NCBI RefSeq assembly: GCF_009914755.1
Contig: NC_060925.1
DNA from: the human T2T-CHM13v2.0 reference genome, Homo sapiens
Strand: one strand, 5' to 3'
Length of the DNA stretch: 64,000 bases
The notes under the pieces are model-generated. The model made no database searches and had not been told where the DNA came from. It saw nothing but the letters and a program-made list of their open reading frames with translations. The first letter of the stretch is position 1; each line of letters begins with the position of its first letter. Shown here piece after piece: positions 18,016-39,647 of this stretch. Position numbers and translations under genes: made by a program.

Positions 18016-18714
18016 TAAGAGAAGTAACTTTGGAAGAGTCAGGCAGGAATGTGGGGAGTTGTGGCTTTTGCATTTTATCTTACACTCTCTTCTGTATTGT
18101 TTTTTAAAACCATGAATTTTTATTACTTTTTAAATTAGAAAACAAAAAATAATTAACAGAAAATATGCCAGCCTTAATAATATAATCTCCAGACTTTATT
18201 TTCTTTTTAATAAGTTATGTGCTGAGGTCATCTTTGGTAGAAAGGAATCTGAACAGAAGGACATGACCAGTTGGGCACATTCCCAGAAAAAAGAAATATT
18301 TTTGCTTTTTAGATGGCACGACTGTGTAACTGTACATCCAGTAGCTGGAACAGACCTTATCACCTCCAGAAAGACTTTTCAGATGCTACCAAGCAAAACT
18401 CCTTTCTCTTTCCTCAAGACTCCTAAAGTATTTTGTTGGCCTATCCAGCCAGGAGTCATCCCACAATATCTCTCAAATTACTTATGTATGTAACCCTCTC
18501 TCCCACTAAAATGAAGAATCTCTTATTCATCATGCATATGGTAGGCCCTGAATAAATCGTGAATCAACTCAATTGAGGCACAAACGTAACTTTTCTGATG
18601 AGATTGCCACAATACATCTAAAATTTATTCATCTAGCCAATGATGGGCAAAAATAAATAAAAATTTTTAAAAAATAAAATTTATTCACTCTTTAAAACAA
18701 AATTTTAAAAGTTA

Positions 18715-19095
<381 letters not shown>

Positions 19096-19624
19096 TTAAG
19101 ACCCTGGGCAACACAGCGAGATCCTGTCTCTACAAAAAACTAAAAATTAGCTGGGCACGGTGGCACACGCCTGTAGTTCCAGCTACTTAGGAGGCTGAAG
19201 TAGGAGGACCACTTGAGCCACGAGGCTGAGGCTGCAGTTAGCCGTGATTGTGCCACTATATCCTGCGTGACAAAGTGAGACTCTGTCTCTAAAAAAATTA
19301 AAATTAAAAAAAAGTTAAAAAACAATTTTACAGTAAGACCTTAATGATACAACAAGGCCAGGGAAAATCAGTATCTTGTCAAATTCCACAAAGTATCAAG
19401 TAGGCAGGTATTATGGTATTATTTGCAGGTATTATGAAGTTTTTATAGAAGCACATCCTAATGAACAATTTCATCAGACCCTAGAGAAAACAGAATGCTT
19501 GTTCAGACTTCATTCACTTAAAAACCAACATAAGCTGGGCGTGGTGGCTCACACCTGTAATCCCAGCACTTTGGGAGGCCAAGGTGGGCGGATCACTTTA
19601 GGTCAGGAGTTCAAGACCAGCCTA

Positions 19625-19870
<246 letters not shown>

Positions 19871-19880
19871 TTAAAAATCA

Positions 19881-20385
<505 letters not shown>

Positions 20386-21287
20386 TTATGCTAAATTTTT
20401 TATAAACAAGTTTTAAATAATGCTTTCGTTTGCAAAGTGATAATGTTTCAGTTATAAATTAGGCCTTTATGATGTTCACAGAGTTAGGCTCCTTTTCTTC
20501 TCACTTTCTCAAAGTAAGAATGACCTGTGATACTATTTCTGCATATTTCATTCCCTGAGCATACAAGCTGCTAGCACCAGCCTAGGACCTAGCAAGCAAA
20601 TAACAAATATGTGTTCATTGATGAATACATAGGGCCCTGTGAAGTATGTTGCCTTCTCGCAAATGGACAAATCAAATGTTCTACAATTTGGATGAAAGTG
20701 ACAGTCAGGGTTTCTCTATCCTTTAAGTCCCAGATCACATTTTAAGTTTTATAATACTAGTTCCTCCAACCAGAATTACCCCTTTATTCTGTGTTCTCTT
20801 TGCTTTACACTACTACTCCTCAACAGCCTGTCTTATAATTGTTACTAGTCTGCATGTGCTGTTGTTTCCCCTAGGCTCTCAAGGGCACAGAGTGTCATAT
20901 TCACCTTTATATTATCGATTTCACTTAGCCTACTGTCTTAGACTAAGCTAAGTATTTAATAAACATTGGCTTACCTGAACTAAAATCAGTAAATGTTATC
21001 ATAAATATCCCACTACTTTCCAATTTTCAAATTTCCGAGAAACTCTTGCTTATTTTCTAATACTAATTTTGGTTTGAATTAGGCATAATATCAATATTTA
21101 TACTTTAAAAATAAAGCTGTGTTTTTCTAAGTACTTAAGTATGTTTATGGTAAATTAGTGAATTTAAGTTATAATTTATGAAAAGCTAAAAGAAAAATTA
21201 CATTGTTAATTAGACAAAAAATCTTTTTATCTTAAGGTCTCAATCAGTTTAAACCTAGGAAAAGCTTAACTAGTATATCCTATACTA

Positions 21288-21629
<342 letters not shown>

Positions 21630-22589
21630 TCAAGCAGCACCTGGTTGTATTTTTAGCTCTTAGTGATGATGCTACATAAACACCCCATCTTAGCCAGGTG
21701 CAGTGGCTCATGCCTGTAATCTGTGTTTTGGGAGAGCAAGGCAAGAGAAGTTTGAGGTAAGAAGTTCAAGATCAGACTGGGGAATATAGCGAGACCCCAT
21801 CTCCACAAAAAATTTGTTTTAATTAGCTGGGTGTGACACCATGCACCTGTAATCCTAGCTGCTCAGGAGGCTGAGCAAGAGGATCACTTAGCCCAGGAAT
21901 TCGAGGCTGCAGTGAGCTATGATTGTACCACTGCACTCAGCCTAGGCATCAGAGCAAGACCCTATTTCTATAAGAAACAAAAACGAAAACACCTCGTTTT
22001 AACAGGCTGCATATAAACTAAACCATGGTACCTTTTAACTTGTGTTACTTATATTTAAGACAACTTTCTTTGAAGCCTGGAAAACAAGCTGTTGATTTCT
22101 CCTGAACTTGATGGCAATGGAAATTTTTAGAGCATTTAAATATTTTAGGTATGTTATTTGTTCATTCCAAGTTTTTTTTTTTTTTTTTTGAGACAGAGTC
22201 TCACCATGTCACCCAGGCTGGAATGTAGTGGCGTCATCTCGGCTGACTGTAACCTCTGCCTTCTGGGTTCAAGCGATTCTCCTGCCTCAGCCTCCTGAGT
22301 AGCTGGGATTACAGGCATGCACCACCATGCTCAGCTAGTTTCTGTATTTTTAGTAGAGATGGGGTTTCACCATGTTGGCCAGGCTGGTCTCGAACTCCTG
22401 ACCTCAGGTGATCTGCCTGCCTCAGCCTCCCCAAGTGCTGGGATTACAGGCGTGAGCCACTGCACCTGGCCTCAAGGATTTAAAAATATCTGTCTTGGTG
22501 TCTAACCTAGGAAGCAAAAACTAAAACTGAAAAAGAACAAACCCAAATCATTAAAGATTACAAGGGTCCTTAATAAAATAACACCAAGA

Positions 22590-22750
22590 GCTAGATAGCT
22601 CCTTTCACCACGTGAGGACACAAGGAAGAGGTATCAACTATGAACCAGGAAATGGGTCCTCACAAAACATTACATCTGCTGGCGCCTCAATCTTGGAGTT
22701 TCCAGTCCTCAGAACAATGAGAAACAAATTTCTGTTGTTTATAAGCCAAA
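22590..22750. mobile_element. MLT1/MST LTR fragment
   Basis: gtgaggacaca...atctgctggcgcc...tccag..ctcagaac..tgagaaa..aatttctgttgtttataagcc. Confidence 0.7.
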
Positions 22751-23262
22751 ATAAATAAATAAATGTCTACACTCTTTAGGGGGAAGAAAAAGGAATAAAT
22801 AAAAATGTCAAATCTCAACAAAAGATTTAAGATTAAATAAAAAATTTTAAAATGCTTCTAATATGCCAAGTATTATTAGGTATGCCCAAAGCACAGCTTC
22901 TAAAGAAAAATATGGATCATTTTAAAAGAAAGTCTCTATAAATACTACATACCACTACTCACTGCTGGGAAAAAGTAATCAATAACCAATGAAGCTGCAA
23001 GGCAAATAAATTTATCTTTCACAGACTACTTCAACATCAGAAACACTGGTCCAACAAGACATCTAAGGGGGACTGGAAGCCCTGGAGTTGCGTGTCATCT
23101 ATGAATACTCAGCAGTGGGAACCAGAGCACGAATCAGACCAAAAGTGCGAGAAGGATCCCAGAGAAGCACCAAAACCATCATAGACAACACTGGAGAAAG
23201 TATTTAATCCAAATCAACAACCCAAATCAATGCTGAGCAAAGATTAGATTTACATCTAGTTA

Positions 23263-23737
<475 letters not shown>

Positions 23738-24159
23738 CTAGAAAGTAGTCTGCAGTTTACAGAGTTAAGGAGAATAAATAAAGATCCCATGGTTTGCTCC
23801 TCTTTGTCCTCAGTTTCTATAATTATTCTAAATAAACTGCAGACCTACTTTGGGGCTCACCCCATGGGGAACCAGACACTGGGTCAAACTGTAGTTTTTT
23901 TTAATTACTTTTTTTGAAACAGAGTTGGCCGGGCATGGTGACTCACACCTGTAATCCCAGCACTTTGGGAGGCTGAGGCGGGCAGATCATCTGAGGTCAG
24001 GAGTTGGAGACCAGCCTGGCCAACATGGAGAAACCCCGTCTCTACTAAAAATACAAAACTTAGCCGGGCATAGTGGCAAGTGCCTGTAATCCTAGCTACT
24101 TGGCAGGCTGAGGCAGGAGAACTGCTTGTACCCGGGAGGCGGAGGGTGCAGTGAGCTGA

Positions 24160-24521
<362 letters not shown>

Positions 24522-25851
24522 TGATCCTTACCCTGCAGGAACTCAATCTAACATACACAAAAGAGCTTTTCTGTATACTGTGGCACACACAATGAGTGCT
24601 TAATTTTATCATATGATTAAAACATATACTATACTAAAAGGAGATGTTTCTCTGTAGTTTTCTGAAGGGACATGTTTATTGTCTTAACCATTATTGTAAT
24701 CACAATGATTTAAAATGTCAAATATCACAAGGCTTATTAATTTCTAAAAAGTAATCCACTGCCTGCCCCATGTCACCTTACCAGTTCACCTTTTTTTATT
24801 TTTAGAAATGGAGTCTCACTCTGTTATTGAAGCCAGAGTACAATGGCACTTATCATAGATCACTGCAACCTCAAACTTCTGGTCTCAAGCGATCCTCCTG
24901 TTTCAGCCTCCTGAGTAGGTGGAACTACTACAGGCACATACCACCACACCCAGCTAAGTTAAAATATTTTTTTATAGAGACAGGGTCTCACTATTTTGCC
25001 TAGCCTGGTCTTGAATTTCAAATTAACCTCTTTAAACTGTTTCATGTGCTATTATCCTGGGATGTTTTATACCTACATTTTTCTTTTACCTTCAAAATTT
25101 ATCCTACACCTGATCCCTTCCACGAATTCCACAAGTCCAAGACATCTTCATCTCACTTGGTCTTTAGTTTATTAATCAGTTAGTATCTTAACTTCCACTC
25201 TTAACATCCTTCAGTTCTCCACGAAACAATTAGAATGGTCTTCAAAAAATGAAAATCAGATCATAACACTCCATTATCTAAAATCCTCCACTAGCTTTAA
25301 TGAGCATGCAATAAATTAAAAAATCTTTTCTATATCCTACAAAGCCCCATATAACTTGGCTCCTGCCTGTATCTCAGACTTCATTTCCTATACTCTCCCT
25401 CTCAATCACTATGTCCAGCCACACTGGCTTTCATGCTTTTTTCTGTAACTTTTAAACCCACACTTGCCATTACACTTGCTTTTTCCTCCACTTGGAATAC
25501 TCATCCCCAGATATTATCATGACTGGCTCCTTCTCATCATTCAGGTCACTACTCAAATGTCACCCCCTCACAGAGATGGTTTCCTTTACCACTCTACTTA
25601 ATATAACACCTTGTTCCCAGGTTACCATCCCAGTTACACTCCACTTGATCACTCTAGTTTACTTTTTCAGAGCAGTTGTCACTATCTGAAACTATGTTAT
25701 TTGCTGCTCATGTGGTTAAATTCCATAAAGTTAGGAGCTTTGCCTAACCTAGTATTTGATATTTAGTGTCTAGTTTTGTGGTAGCACGTACCAGAAACTC
25801 AAATATTTGCTGAGTTTGTTTCCAAATTTGCTGAGGATATAAATTACTTTA

Positions 25852-27564
<1,713 letters not shown>

Positions 27565-28068
27565 CTAATATTATCAGATCCTCTAGGGTGAGGCCTGAGC
27601 TTGTGTATTTTTGAAGTTTTCTTCCGATTTCTGATTCATCCAGACTGTTAATATAGCCAAAGACTGACATCTGGAAATGGTTCTAGAAGGCTCAGAGTTG
27701 TCAGTTACATAGAAATCATATCAAGTAAAGACATAAAAGAAAATACCAGTTAGAAAATATATCATTTCTGAGTTAGAAGACTTTAAAGAAATTAGAATTA
27801 AAAACAAAAAAAAACCTGAACAGAACAGCAACTGTAATGAATAATAATACATTGTATATTTCAAAATTGCTAATAGTAGACTTCAAATGTTTTTACCACA
27901 GAAAAAGTTAAGTATGTGAAGTGATAGATTTGTTGGTCTGATTTAATCATTCCATACTGTAAACATGCATCTAAACATTGTGCCCCACAAATATATACAA
28001 TTATTATTTGTCTATCAAAAAAAATTTTTTTTGAAAGTAGGACGAAAGACTAAATCAAAGAGACCTTA

Positions 28069-28526
<458 letters not shown>

Positions 28527-28673
28527 TTAGCCAGGTGTGGTGGTGTGCCTGTAGTCCCATCTACTCAGGAGGCAGAGGTGTAAGATCACTTGAGCCCAGG
28601 AGGTCGATGCTGCAATGAGCTGTGATTGTGCTACTGCATTCCAGCCTGGGCAACTCTGGCTCAAAAAAAAAAA

Positions 28674-28732
<59 letters not shown>
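28674..28732 (+). repeat. (AT)n(AC)~23 microsatellite grown from an Alu tail
   Basis: Read directly. Confidence 0.93.
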
Positions 28733-28734
<2 letters not shown>

Positions 28735-29106
28735 TACTTAGAACTAAGTTTTTAGATTATATTTCCTCAGAAATGCCAGGAAGAGGTAGGTGGAAGACAG
28801 AAAGACAAAACACTAGGGGACGGGTCGGGTGGAAGGGCACATTCTGGGTTCTGCTTTTTCAAGAAGGGTGGCTCTGAAATGATTTGCTTTACATATTAAG
28901 ATTCTGAATATGATCCGTGGGATGGGGTGTGTATGTTGAAAACTGCTGCTCTGAATAATATGAGATAATATATAAAATACAAATCCCTAGGTTCTCTGGT
29001 TTTGACACTTAAATGCAATATTTAAAAGACTACATTGGTGATGCATCAGACATCTGTAATATCTGTAATATCAGGCAGGTATTAAAAAAAATCAAGTGTT
29101 TCCCAA

Positions 29107-29139
<33 letters not shown>

Positions 29140-30070
29140 CAGGGTGTCACTTTGTTGCTCAGGCTGGAGTGCAGTGACACAATCACGGCTCACTGCAGCC
29201 TCAACGTCCCTGGGCTCAGGTGATCCTCCCACCTCAGCTTCCCGAGTAGCTGGGACTGCAGGTGTGCGCCACCATATGTGGCTAATTTTTGTATTTTTTT
29301 TAAAGATGGGGCTTCATCATTTTGACCAGGCTGGTCTCGAACTCCTAGCATCAGGCAATCCACCTGCCTTGACCTCCCAAAGTGCAAACATTATAGGCAT
29401 GAGCCACTGCGCCCAGCCAATTTCTCAATCTTTATGAAGCACTTACACCTATCTTCAGAGCTATTTGCATGTAATATTGTTTACTTACTCTTTCTTTAAA
29501 TTAACTCTTTTTTTACTGAGCCTCATTATTTCTCTAAAATCACAGATTTGATATGCTTATTGTATTTATACCTATGAGTATTGGAAAAGATATATTTACA
29601 AAATATAAATATTAATCTGTATAACACCCTAAATCATCTTTTGTACCACGAGCCATAGGCATTCTATAATTTGGGGAATATTGCTAATACATAATGGTTT
29701 AAACAGATGGTTAAAACCAAAAAGTAGCCTGGGCACAGTGGCTCATGCCTGTAATATAATCCCAGCCCTTTGGGAGGCTGAGGTGGGTGGATCATGCGGT
29801 CAGGAGTTGGAGACCAGCCTGACCAACATAGTGAAACCCCATCTCTACTAAAAATACAAAAATTAGCCAGGTGTGGTGGCAGGCGCTTGTAGTCCCAGCT
29901 ACTCAGGAAAATCACTTGAACCCAGGAGGCGGAGGTTGCAGTGAGCCGAGACTATGCCATTGCACTCCAGCCTGTGTGACGGAGTGAGACTCCGTCTCAA
30001 AAAAAAAAAAAAAAAAAGTAAATCATAGTCAAAATGGTTTCTACTCTGAGGATATACTTGGGTGATTTTA

Positions 30071-30310
<240 letters not shown>

Positions 30311-30401
30311 TCAAACACTTTATCATGTTATGCAGTTTGCAGGTGTAGTTTTATTTCACAAAGACTAAAATCACACAAAAACTTAAGTCATACTCTCATC
30401 A

Positions 30402-30689
<288 letters not shown>

Positions 30690-31637
30690 TTAAAAACATA
30701 CTTTAAACTGACAGGGAAGTAATCAACAAAACTGGCAGCAGTTTAATAATGAATTACAAAGCGCCCTAATTATAAGAAACTGACTTTTAAGTCTATTTTC
30801 TCAAATTTCAACTAGACCATACCATGAAACTTATTCAATATAGAAAGCCATTATCACTAGTTATTAAGAAGCACTTTAAGTATACTATTTTTTTTTTTTT
30901 TGAGACAAGGTCTTGCTCTGTCACCCAGGCTGTCACCCAGCCGTGGTGCAATCATGGCTTATTGCAGCCTCAACCTCCTGGGCTCAATCGATCCTCCCAC
31001 CTCAGCCTCCTGGGGTGGCTGGGATGACAGCCATGCACCACCATGCCTGGTTAATTTTCACATGTTTTGTAGAGATGGGGTTTTGCCATGTTGCCCAGGC
31101 TGTTCTCAAACTCCTGGGCTCAAGCAATCTGCCCACCTCAGCCTTTAAGTATACATTTAAAAGCAATACATAAAGGTGTTTAGCTTAGTATTCGTAAGTT
31201 GATACTCATGTAAAAAAGTGTGAATGGTTAATACTTCAAACTAACATTATATTCCTATTTCACTTATAAATCAAAAGTTAGATTGGAGGTATACTCTGAC
31301 TCTCTGACTCCATATACCAAATACTGAACATATCACACAAGATTATTATAAAGGTAAATCAGAATTGCCCATGTTTGCCCATGTTGAAATTGGATATATT
31401 AATAACAATGGCTAACAGTTACTGAGCGCCTGTTGTTTGCAAGACCCTATTACTATAGGCTTTTATGTATAATTTTTACAGCAATCCTCTGAAGACTATA
31501 TTACAATTAAACATTTTTTTTACAAGTAAGAAAACCTGCGGCAAGGAAAAAGTTAAGTTACTTGTATAGGACATATAACTAACAAGTAGCAAATCTGAAA
31601 GCTGAGGTTCAAACACCAAAAGCCTCCCCTCTTCCAT

Positions 31638-32165
31638 TTTAAATTGAGATATAATTCATGTACCATGAAATTAGCTGCTTTAAAGTGTACAATTCAGTGG
31701 TTTTTGGTATACTCACAAAGTGTGCAATAATCACCACTATCTGATTCCAGAACATTTTCATCAAACCCCCAAAACTCTGTACCCATTAGCAGCCACACCC
31801 TATTGCCCTTCTCCGGAGCCCCTGACGGTCTAACATGATTTCTATCTCTGAATTTGCCTATTCTGGACATTTCATATAAACAGTACCATACTGTGGCCTT
31901 GTATCTGGCTTCTTTCACTTGGCATAATGTTTTGAAGGTTCAACCATGTTGCAGCATTTACTAATACTTTATTGCTTCTGATTGCTGAATAACATTCCCT
32001 TGTATGGATATATCACATTGTGCTTTTCCACTCATCAGCTGACAGACATTTAGGTTGTTTTCACTTTGGGCTATTAGGAATAATGCTACTTGGACATTTA
32101 CATACAGCTTTTTGTGTGGACATATTTTTTTCACTTCTCTTGGGTATGTAACTAGGAGTGGAAGA
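31638..32165 (-). mobile_element. L1M (L1MB-like) 3' end fragment
   Basis: aattgagatataattca...aagtgtacaattcagtggttttt...ttctggacatttcatataaa...ggcttctttcact. Confidence 0.8.
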
Positions 32166-32554
32166 GCCTCCCTTTGTAAACACTATGATTTTCTGCTTCT
32201 CTACAAATGGTACTACTGTGCTCAATATAATTTTAGTGGATTAACCTTATTAATATAGGAAAATAAGTATCATCAATCAATTATTAAGGTCAGTAGAAAT
32301 ATAAACTGCGCTAATAGTATAAAATGGCATGTGTATTTATAGTGGTTTGGAGTACAGCTTTGGTATCATGTGGCTATAAGTTTAAATCCTACCCTGCTAC
32401 CTTTTGGAAAAGTTACTTAACCACTATGAGCTTCAATATCACCTAAAACTAAGGTTGTTAAAAGAGATAAATAAAACAGTTGTAATTTGTTGCGTACTTC
32501 CTCTAGCCAGGTCCCATACTAAGTAAGCACTTTACACACACACACACTCATTTA

Positions 32555-33325
32555 ATCTTTAAATCTACATATAATACTGATCATTTCTCCCATTTTATAG
32601 GTGAGAAAAGTGAAGTGTAGAGAAATCACATAGGAAATGTACAGTAAAAGACATTACACACACTCAGGTCCTAAAATTGATCACTCAGTGTTTTTAAAAC
32701 ATTAATCACTAGAATTCTATAGTGCATTTTAACATTTGAAACAGCTAATATTCTTTCTTTCTCAGAACTTTTCTTTTTTTTCTTTGAGACAGAGCCTCGC
32801 TCTGTCGCCCAGGCTGGAGTGCAGTGGCGTATCTCAGCTCACTGCAAGCTCCGCCTCCCGGGTCCACGCCATTCTCCTGCCTCAGCCTCCCGAGTAGCTG
32901 GGACTACGCCAGGCTAATTTTTTGTATTTTTTTTAGTAGAGACGGAGTTTCACTATGTTAGCCAGGATGGTCTCGATCTCTTGACCTCGTGATCCACCCA
33001 CCTCAGCCTCCCAAAGTGCTGGGATTACAGGCGTGAGCCACCACACCCGGCCTCTTTCTCAGAACTTTTAGGGATCATTTGGCAGGACTTCAGTGTTATT
33101 TTTTAAAGTTCCTCTCCTCAAGCTGCATCTTCTCCATTAAAAAAAAAAAAGCCATTAAAGTTGGAATATTGAAATATAAAGCTGTGGGTGATTAAATCAA
33201 ATGGTAACTAGTGGTGGGGGGCAGGCAGATATGTGGAGCAGACTATAGTTCAGAAATAGATGCAAACATATGATACTTTCATTATACAATAAAAAATGCA
33301 TCTCTTGCTGGGTGCAGTGGCTCAC
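32555..33325 (+). repeat. Inverted duplication arm A (parental copy, intron 12)
   Basis: Reverse complement of 44593-45362 with about 8-9 differences by manual comparison. Confidence 0.95.
32770..33052 (-). mobile_element. AluY-like element with a 16-nt right-arm deletion (inside arm A); TSD ~CTTTCTCAGAACTTTT
   Basis: AluY diagnostics (gagatcgagaccatcctggctaac, gaatggcgtg, ggagcttgc). Confidence 0.92.
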
Positions 33326-33884
33326 ACCTGAAATCCCAGCACTTTGGGAGGCCGAGGCAGGTGGATCACCTGAGGTCAGGAGTTCAAGACCAGCCTAGCC
33401 AACATGGTAAAACCCTGTCTCTACTAAAACCACAAAAATTAGCCGGGCATGGTGGCACACGGCTGCAATCCCAGCTACTCAGGTGATAAAGGCAGGAGAA
33501 TCACTTGCACCCGGAAGGCAGAGGTTGCAGTGAGCTGAGCCAGTGCCCTCCAGCCTGGGTTACAGAGCAAGACTCTGTCTCATCAACAACAACAACAACA
33601 ACAACAAAAAGCATCTCTAAATCATTCGTAAAAAGATATATATTTATTAAATAAATATGTGAGTCCAGTCATCTGATTTAAAAAAAAAAACTTACTTAAA
33701 TAAAAAAGAAGCAACAAATATAATCCTGAAGGGAGAGGGAGAATTTTTTAAAAAGATTTTTTTTTTGCTGGGCGCGGTGGCTCACTCCTGTAATCCCAGC
33801 ACTTTGGGAGGCTGAGGCGGGCGGATCACAAGGTCAGGAGATCAAGACCATCCTGGCTAACATGGTAAAACCCCGTCTCTACTA

Positions 33885-34381
<497 letters not shown>

Positions 34382-34925
34382 TAATCTTGAAAGGAAGAAG
34401 GCTTTTCTAAACATAAAACCCAGAAAGAGAATGACTCATACTTTTTTTTTTTTTCTTTTTGAGACAGAGTCTAGCTCTGTCGCCCAGGCTGGAGTGCAGT
34501 GGTGTGATCTTGGCTCACTGCAATTTCCGCCTCTGAGGTTCAAGCGATTCTCATGCCTCAGCCTCCTAAGTAGCGGGATTACAGGCGCCCACTACCACGC
34601 CCAGGTAATTTTTGTATTTTTAGTAGAGACGGGATTTCACCATGTTGGCCAGGCTGGTCTCAAACTCCTGACCTCAGGTGATCCAGCCACCTAGGTCTCC
34701 CAAAGTGCTGGGACTACAGGTGTGAGCCACCGCACCTGGTCTACATGATTTAACTGTATCTAAACTGGAATATTCTGTACAAAACAAATGGTTAAAATGC
34801 AAAACACTTAAGACTAACTGTAAGAAATACCACACGCATATGCATATACATATACATATATATATATATGAATGATAAAGGACCAATTTCCTTCATATAC
34901 AATGAGCTCTTATAAATAATAATCA

Positions 34926-35081
<156 letters not shown>

Positions 35082-35439
35082 CTACTAAAAATACAAAAAT
35101 TAACCAGGTGTGGTGGTGGGTGCCTATAATCCCAGCTACTTGGGAAGCTGAGGCAGGAGAATTGCTTCAACCCCGGGGGGCAGGTAGAGGTTGCAGTGAG
35201 CCCAGATCATGCCATTTCACTCTAGCCTGGGTGAAAGAGTAAAACTCTGCCTAAAAAAAAAAAAAAAAAAAAAAAAAACCATCTTCTAAGACTGGTAATA
35301 ATTTAAGTTTGCCTAATGTTGGACATGTAGATGTGGAAAAATGGTTTGGGGATACTAAATTGGTATAATCTGGCATCATTCATCTCATCTAGAAAAATAA
35401 ATAAATAAATAGATATAGCCTTTCCAGCAGCCATTTTCA

Positions 35440-36140
35440 CTCATTCAAGTAACAAACTATGTATTAAGCAACGATTACACATCAAGTACTATCCAAGGTG
35501 CTAAGAAAACAGTGATGAATGTGAGCTCCTTCCCTGGAGCTTTCTATCACAAATAGAACAAAAAAACGTGATTAAGGGCCTGAATGATGAGAAGGAAATA
35601 GCCATTAGAAGGGTCCAAGGAGGAATATTTCAGGCAAAGGGAACCAAAAGCTGAAGAACCTAAAGTATAAACATGTTTTGGCATTTTTAAAGTACAAAAA
35701 GTTAAAGAAAAAAGCACTACAGCTGAAGTGTAGTGAACACAGAAGACAGTGATAAGAGATGAGTTTGCAGAGAAAGACAAGCCAAGTCATAAAGGGCTTT
35801 AAGGGCCAAGGTAAAGCATTTGGATTTTATTCTAATTGCAATGGAAATCCACTGGAGGATTTTAAGCAAGAGTGCTACAATCTGACCTGGGCTTTAAAGA
35901 TGGTGTGGGGAAAACAAACAAACAACGACGGTATGGTGTTTCCAAGTATAGGAAACATGAGGGGATAGTACTGGATGGAAGTGGTATGTAAGGGTGTCAT
36001 CAGTGGTTTGAATTAGGTTGGTAGCAGGAAAGATAGTAAAGAGTAGTTAAGTTCAGTATATATCTACAAAGCAGAGCCTGGGTTTGTGACTCCTGAGAAT
36101 TTTGCCTGAGTGACGAGATGAGAGGTGATACCATTAACTA
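35440..36140. mobile_element. L2 LINE fragment
   Basis: ggccaaggtaaagcatttggattttattctaattgcaatggaaatccactggaggattttaagca: typical L2 motif. Confidence 0.7.
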
Positions 36141-36242
36141 AGATAATAATAGTGAAATAATAGTAATAGTTAACATATACTGAGCACTAACTATATGTCA
36201 GCAATATTCTACACCTTTATCTAGTAACTCATTCAGATCCTT

Positions 36243-36323
36243 AGAACTCCATACAACTTTGCCATACATGTGAACAACTGAAAAAAAAATTAAAACAAAA
36301 AACAAAAGAACTCCATACAACTT
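36243..36323 (+). mobile_element. TPRT micro-insertion: 21-nt insert plus A-rich tail, flanked by a 17-bp TSD
   Basis: AGAACTCCATACAACTT at 36243-36259 and 36307-36323. Confidence 0.75.
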
Positions 36324-37454
36324 ATGTATATCCCTATTTTGTATGTGAGAAAACTGAAGTCAATGAGGTAAGGTAACTTGTCCATGATCTTGTAACCTAC
36401 AGTACCCACAAACTAGATCAGAATCCAAGGAGTCTGGTACCACAGCCCACTCTCTTAACCCTTACACCAAAATGAGATTTGCAATACTAGAACAGGAACA
36501 AATTTGGGTATCTTTGAACATTTAAAATGTTTATTCCATTTGGCTTCACAGTTTTACTTCTAGGAATCTATAGTATAGAGATACTTGCACATAGGTAGTA
36601 AGATGCAAATATAGGAATGTTCACTGCTGCATTGTTTGCAATAGCAGAAGCTTTAAATGGTTGAAATAATCAATAGGAGAACAATTAGAAAATTTGTTGT
36701 CTATCATTATGATAGAAACCCATGCAGGGTAAGGGAGTTCGATATATACTTATATAAAAAATGTATAAGATACTTTTTAAAAAGTGGTACCTAAAAATTT
36801 AAGTTCATATATATATAAGGAAAATACTATATGTATTTACACACAGAAGCATTTTTTTGTATATTTCATATTTTCTAAATATAATGATTCAGATAGTCTA
36901 GACCACGGCCTGTGATCTATAATATTATATTTTAAGTATACAAATTCCAAGTAACTAAGATTTCTAAATAGTATAATGGGTCCTTTTAGCCTCTAATTAG
37001 TCTTCTTTAGAACAAGACAGGAAATAAGTGAGAAATAATTATTTTCAATGTAAAAATATTTAGGTATATTCAAATTTTTGCTAAGTGTTTATAATGTTAA
37101 AATCCAATTTATATTTTACATTATGTGGGAGTGGTGACTCACACCTATAATCCCAGCACTCTGGGAGGTCAAAGCAGAAAGATCACTTGAGCTGAGGAGT
37201 TCAAGACCAGTCTGGGCAATATAGGAAGACCTTTTCTCTAAAAAAAAAAGTAAAAATTTTAAAAAAAACTATACTTTACAATTTCAAAGAATTTACCTAG
37301 GTTTAAAAAAACAGCAGAGCTAAATTTTTCTCAGGTGTTCCTATCCAAAGCGTTTTCACTGATTTGAAAAATGTCATTGTCTTTTTTCTGATAAAATGCA
37401 AACACTATAACTCCAATTTTATAAAACAAAGATTTTTTAAAAAATCATATGTAT

Positions 37455-37738
<284 letters not shown>

Positions 37739-38660
37739 TCATACGTATATATGCACATTACACATATATTTGCATAGTTATAGGATCATGAAAAATATTT
37801 AAAACTACATTTCAGGTTGTTCCCATTGGTGCTGGGGAGAAAGAGAGGAACACTGTTTTGGGGTAGGTATGTGGAGGAAGGACGTCAGTGAGGAAAGAAG
37901 AAAAAAGACAACACTTACACACTAAACACTGCGCAAGGATATAATTAAGACAAAGAACTCCGTCGAGACTATGCTGGCCAACATGGCGAAACCCCGTCTC
38001 TACTAAAAATACAAAAACTAGCCAGGCATGGTGGCGCGTGCCTGTAATCCCAGCTCCTAGCAGGGCTGAGGCAGGAAGATCACTTGAACTTGGGAGGCGG
38101 AGGTTGCAGTGAGCCAAGATCATGCCCCTGCACTCCAGCCTGCGCAACAGAAGAGACTCCGTCTCAAAAAAAAAAAAAAAAAACAACAAAAAACTAAGAA
38201 CTCTGCAACAGAGGTTCTGAAAAAAGGGAACATTTCAGAAAACAAGAAGTAGAATAAGTCCAGTATAGATATGCAGAAAGGCTCTAACTATATAGATAGG
38301 CATTATATAGGGCTGACAAACTAGAGATGAAGTATAAGCCACTGTCCAGACTTTATATTTAGCTGTATATAAAGGCTTAGTTAATTATAACAGACTTTTC
38401 ATTAGAGGCAAAAAATAAAAATACAATTCTATTGTAGGTTAGGATATGCATAAGATGGTTCTACTACTAACTAGCAACGTGGCATTGGGTTAAATTATTC
38501 TCTCTAATCCTCATTTTACTTACCTGTAAAACAAGAGGGCCTAGAATTCAGTTTCCAAGGTCCCTCCTAATTCTGACATTCTATACTTCTATAAAACATC
38601 ATTACTGAGGAGAGGTGCCAGTTTTTAAGAAATCTTAATACCAAGAAATTAATAGAACTA

Positions 38661-39647
<987 letters not shown>

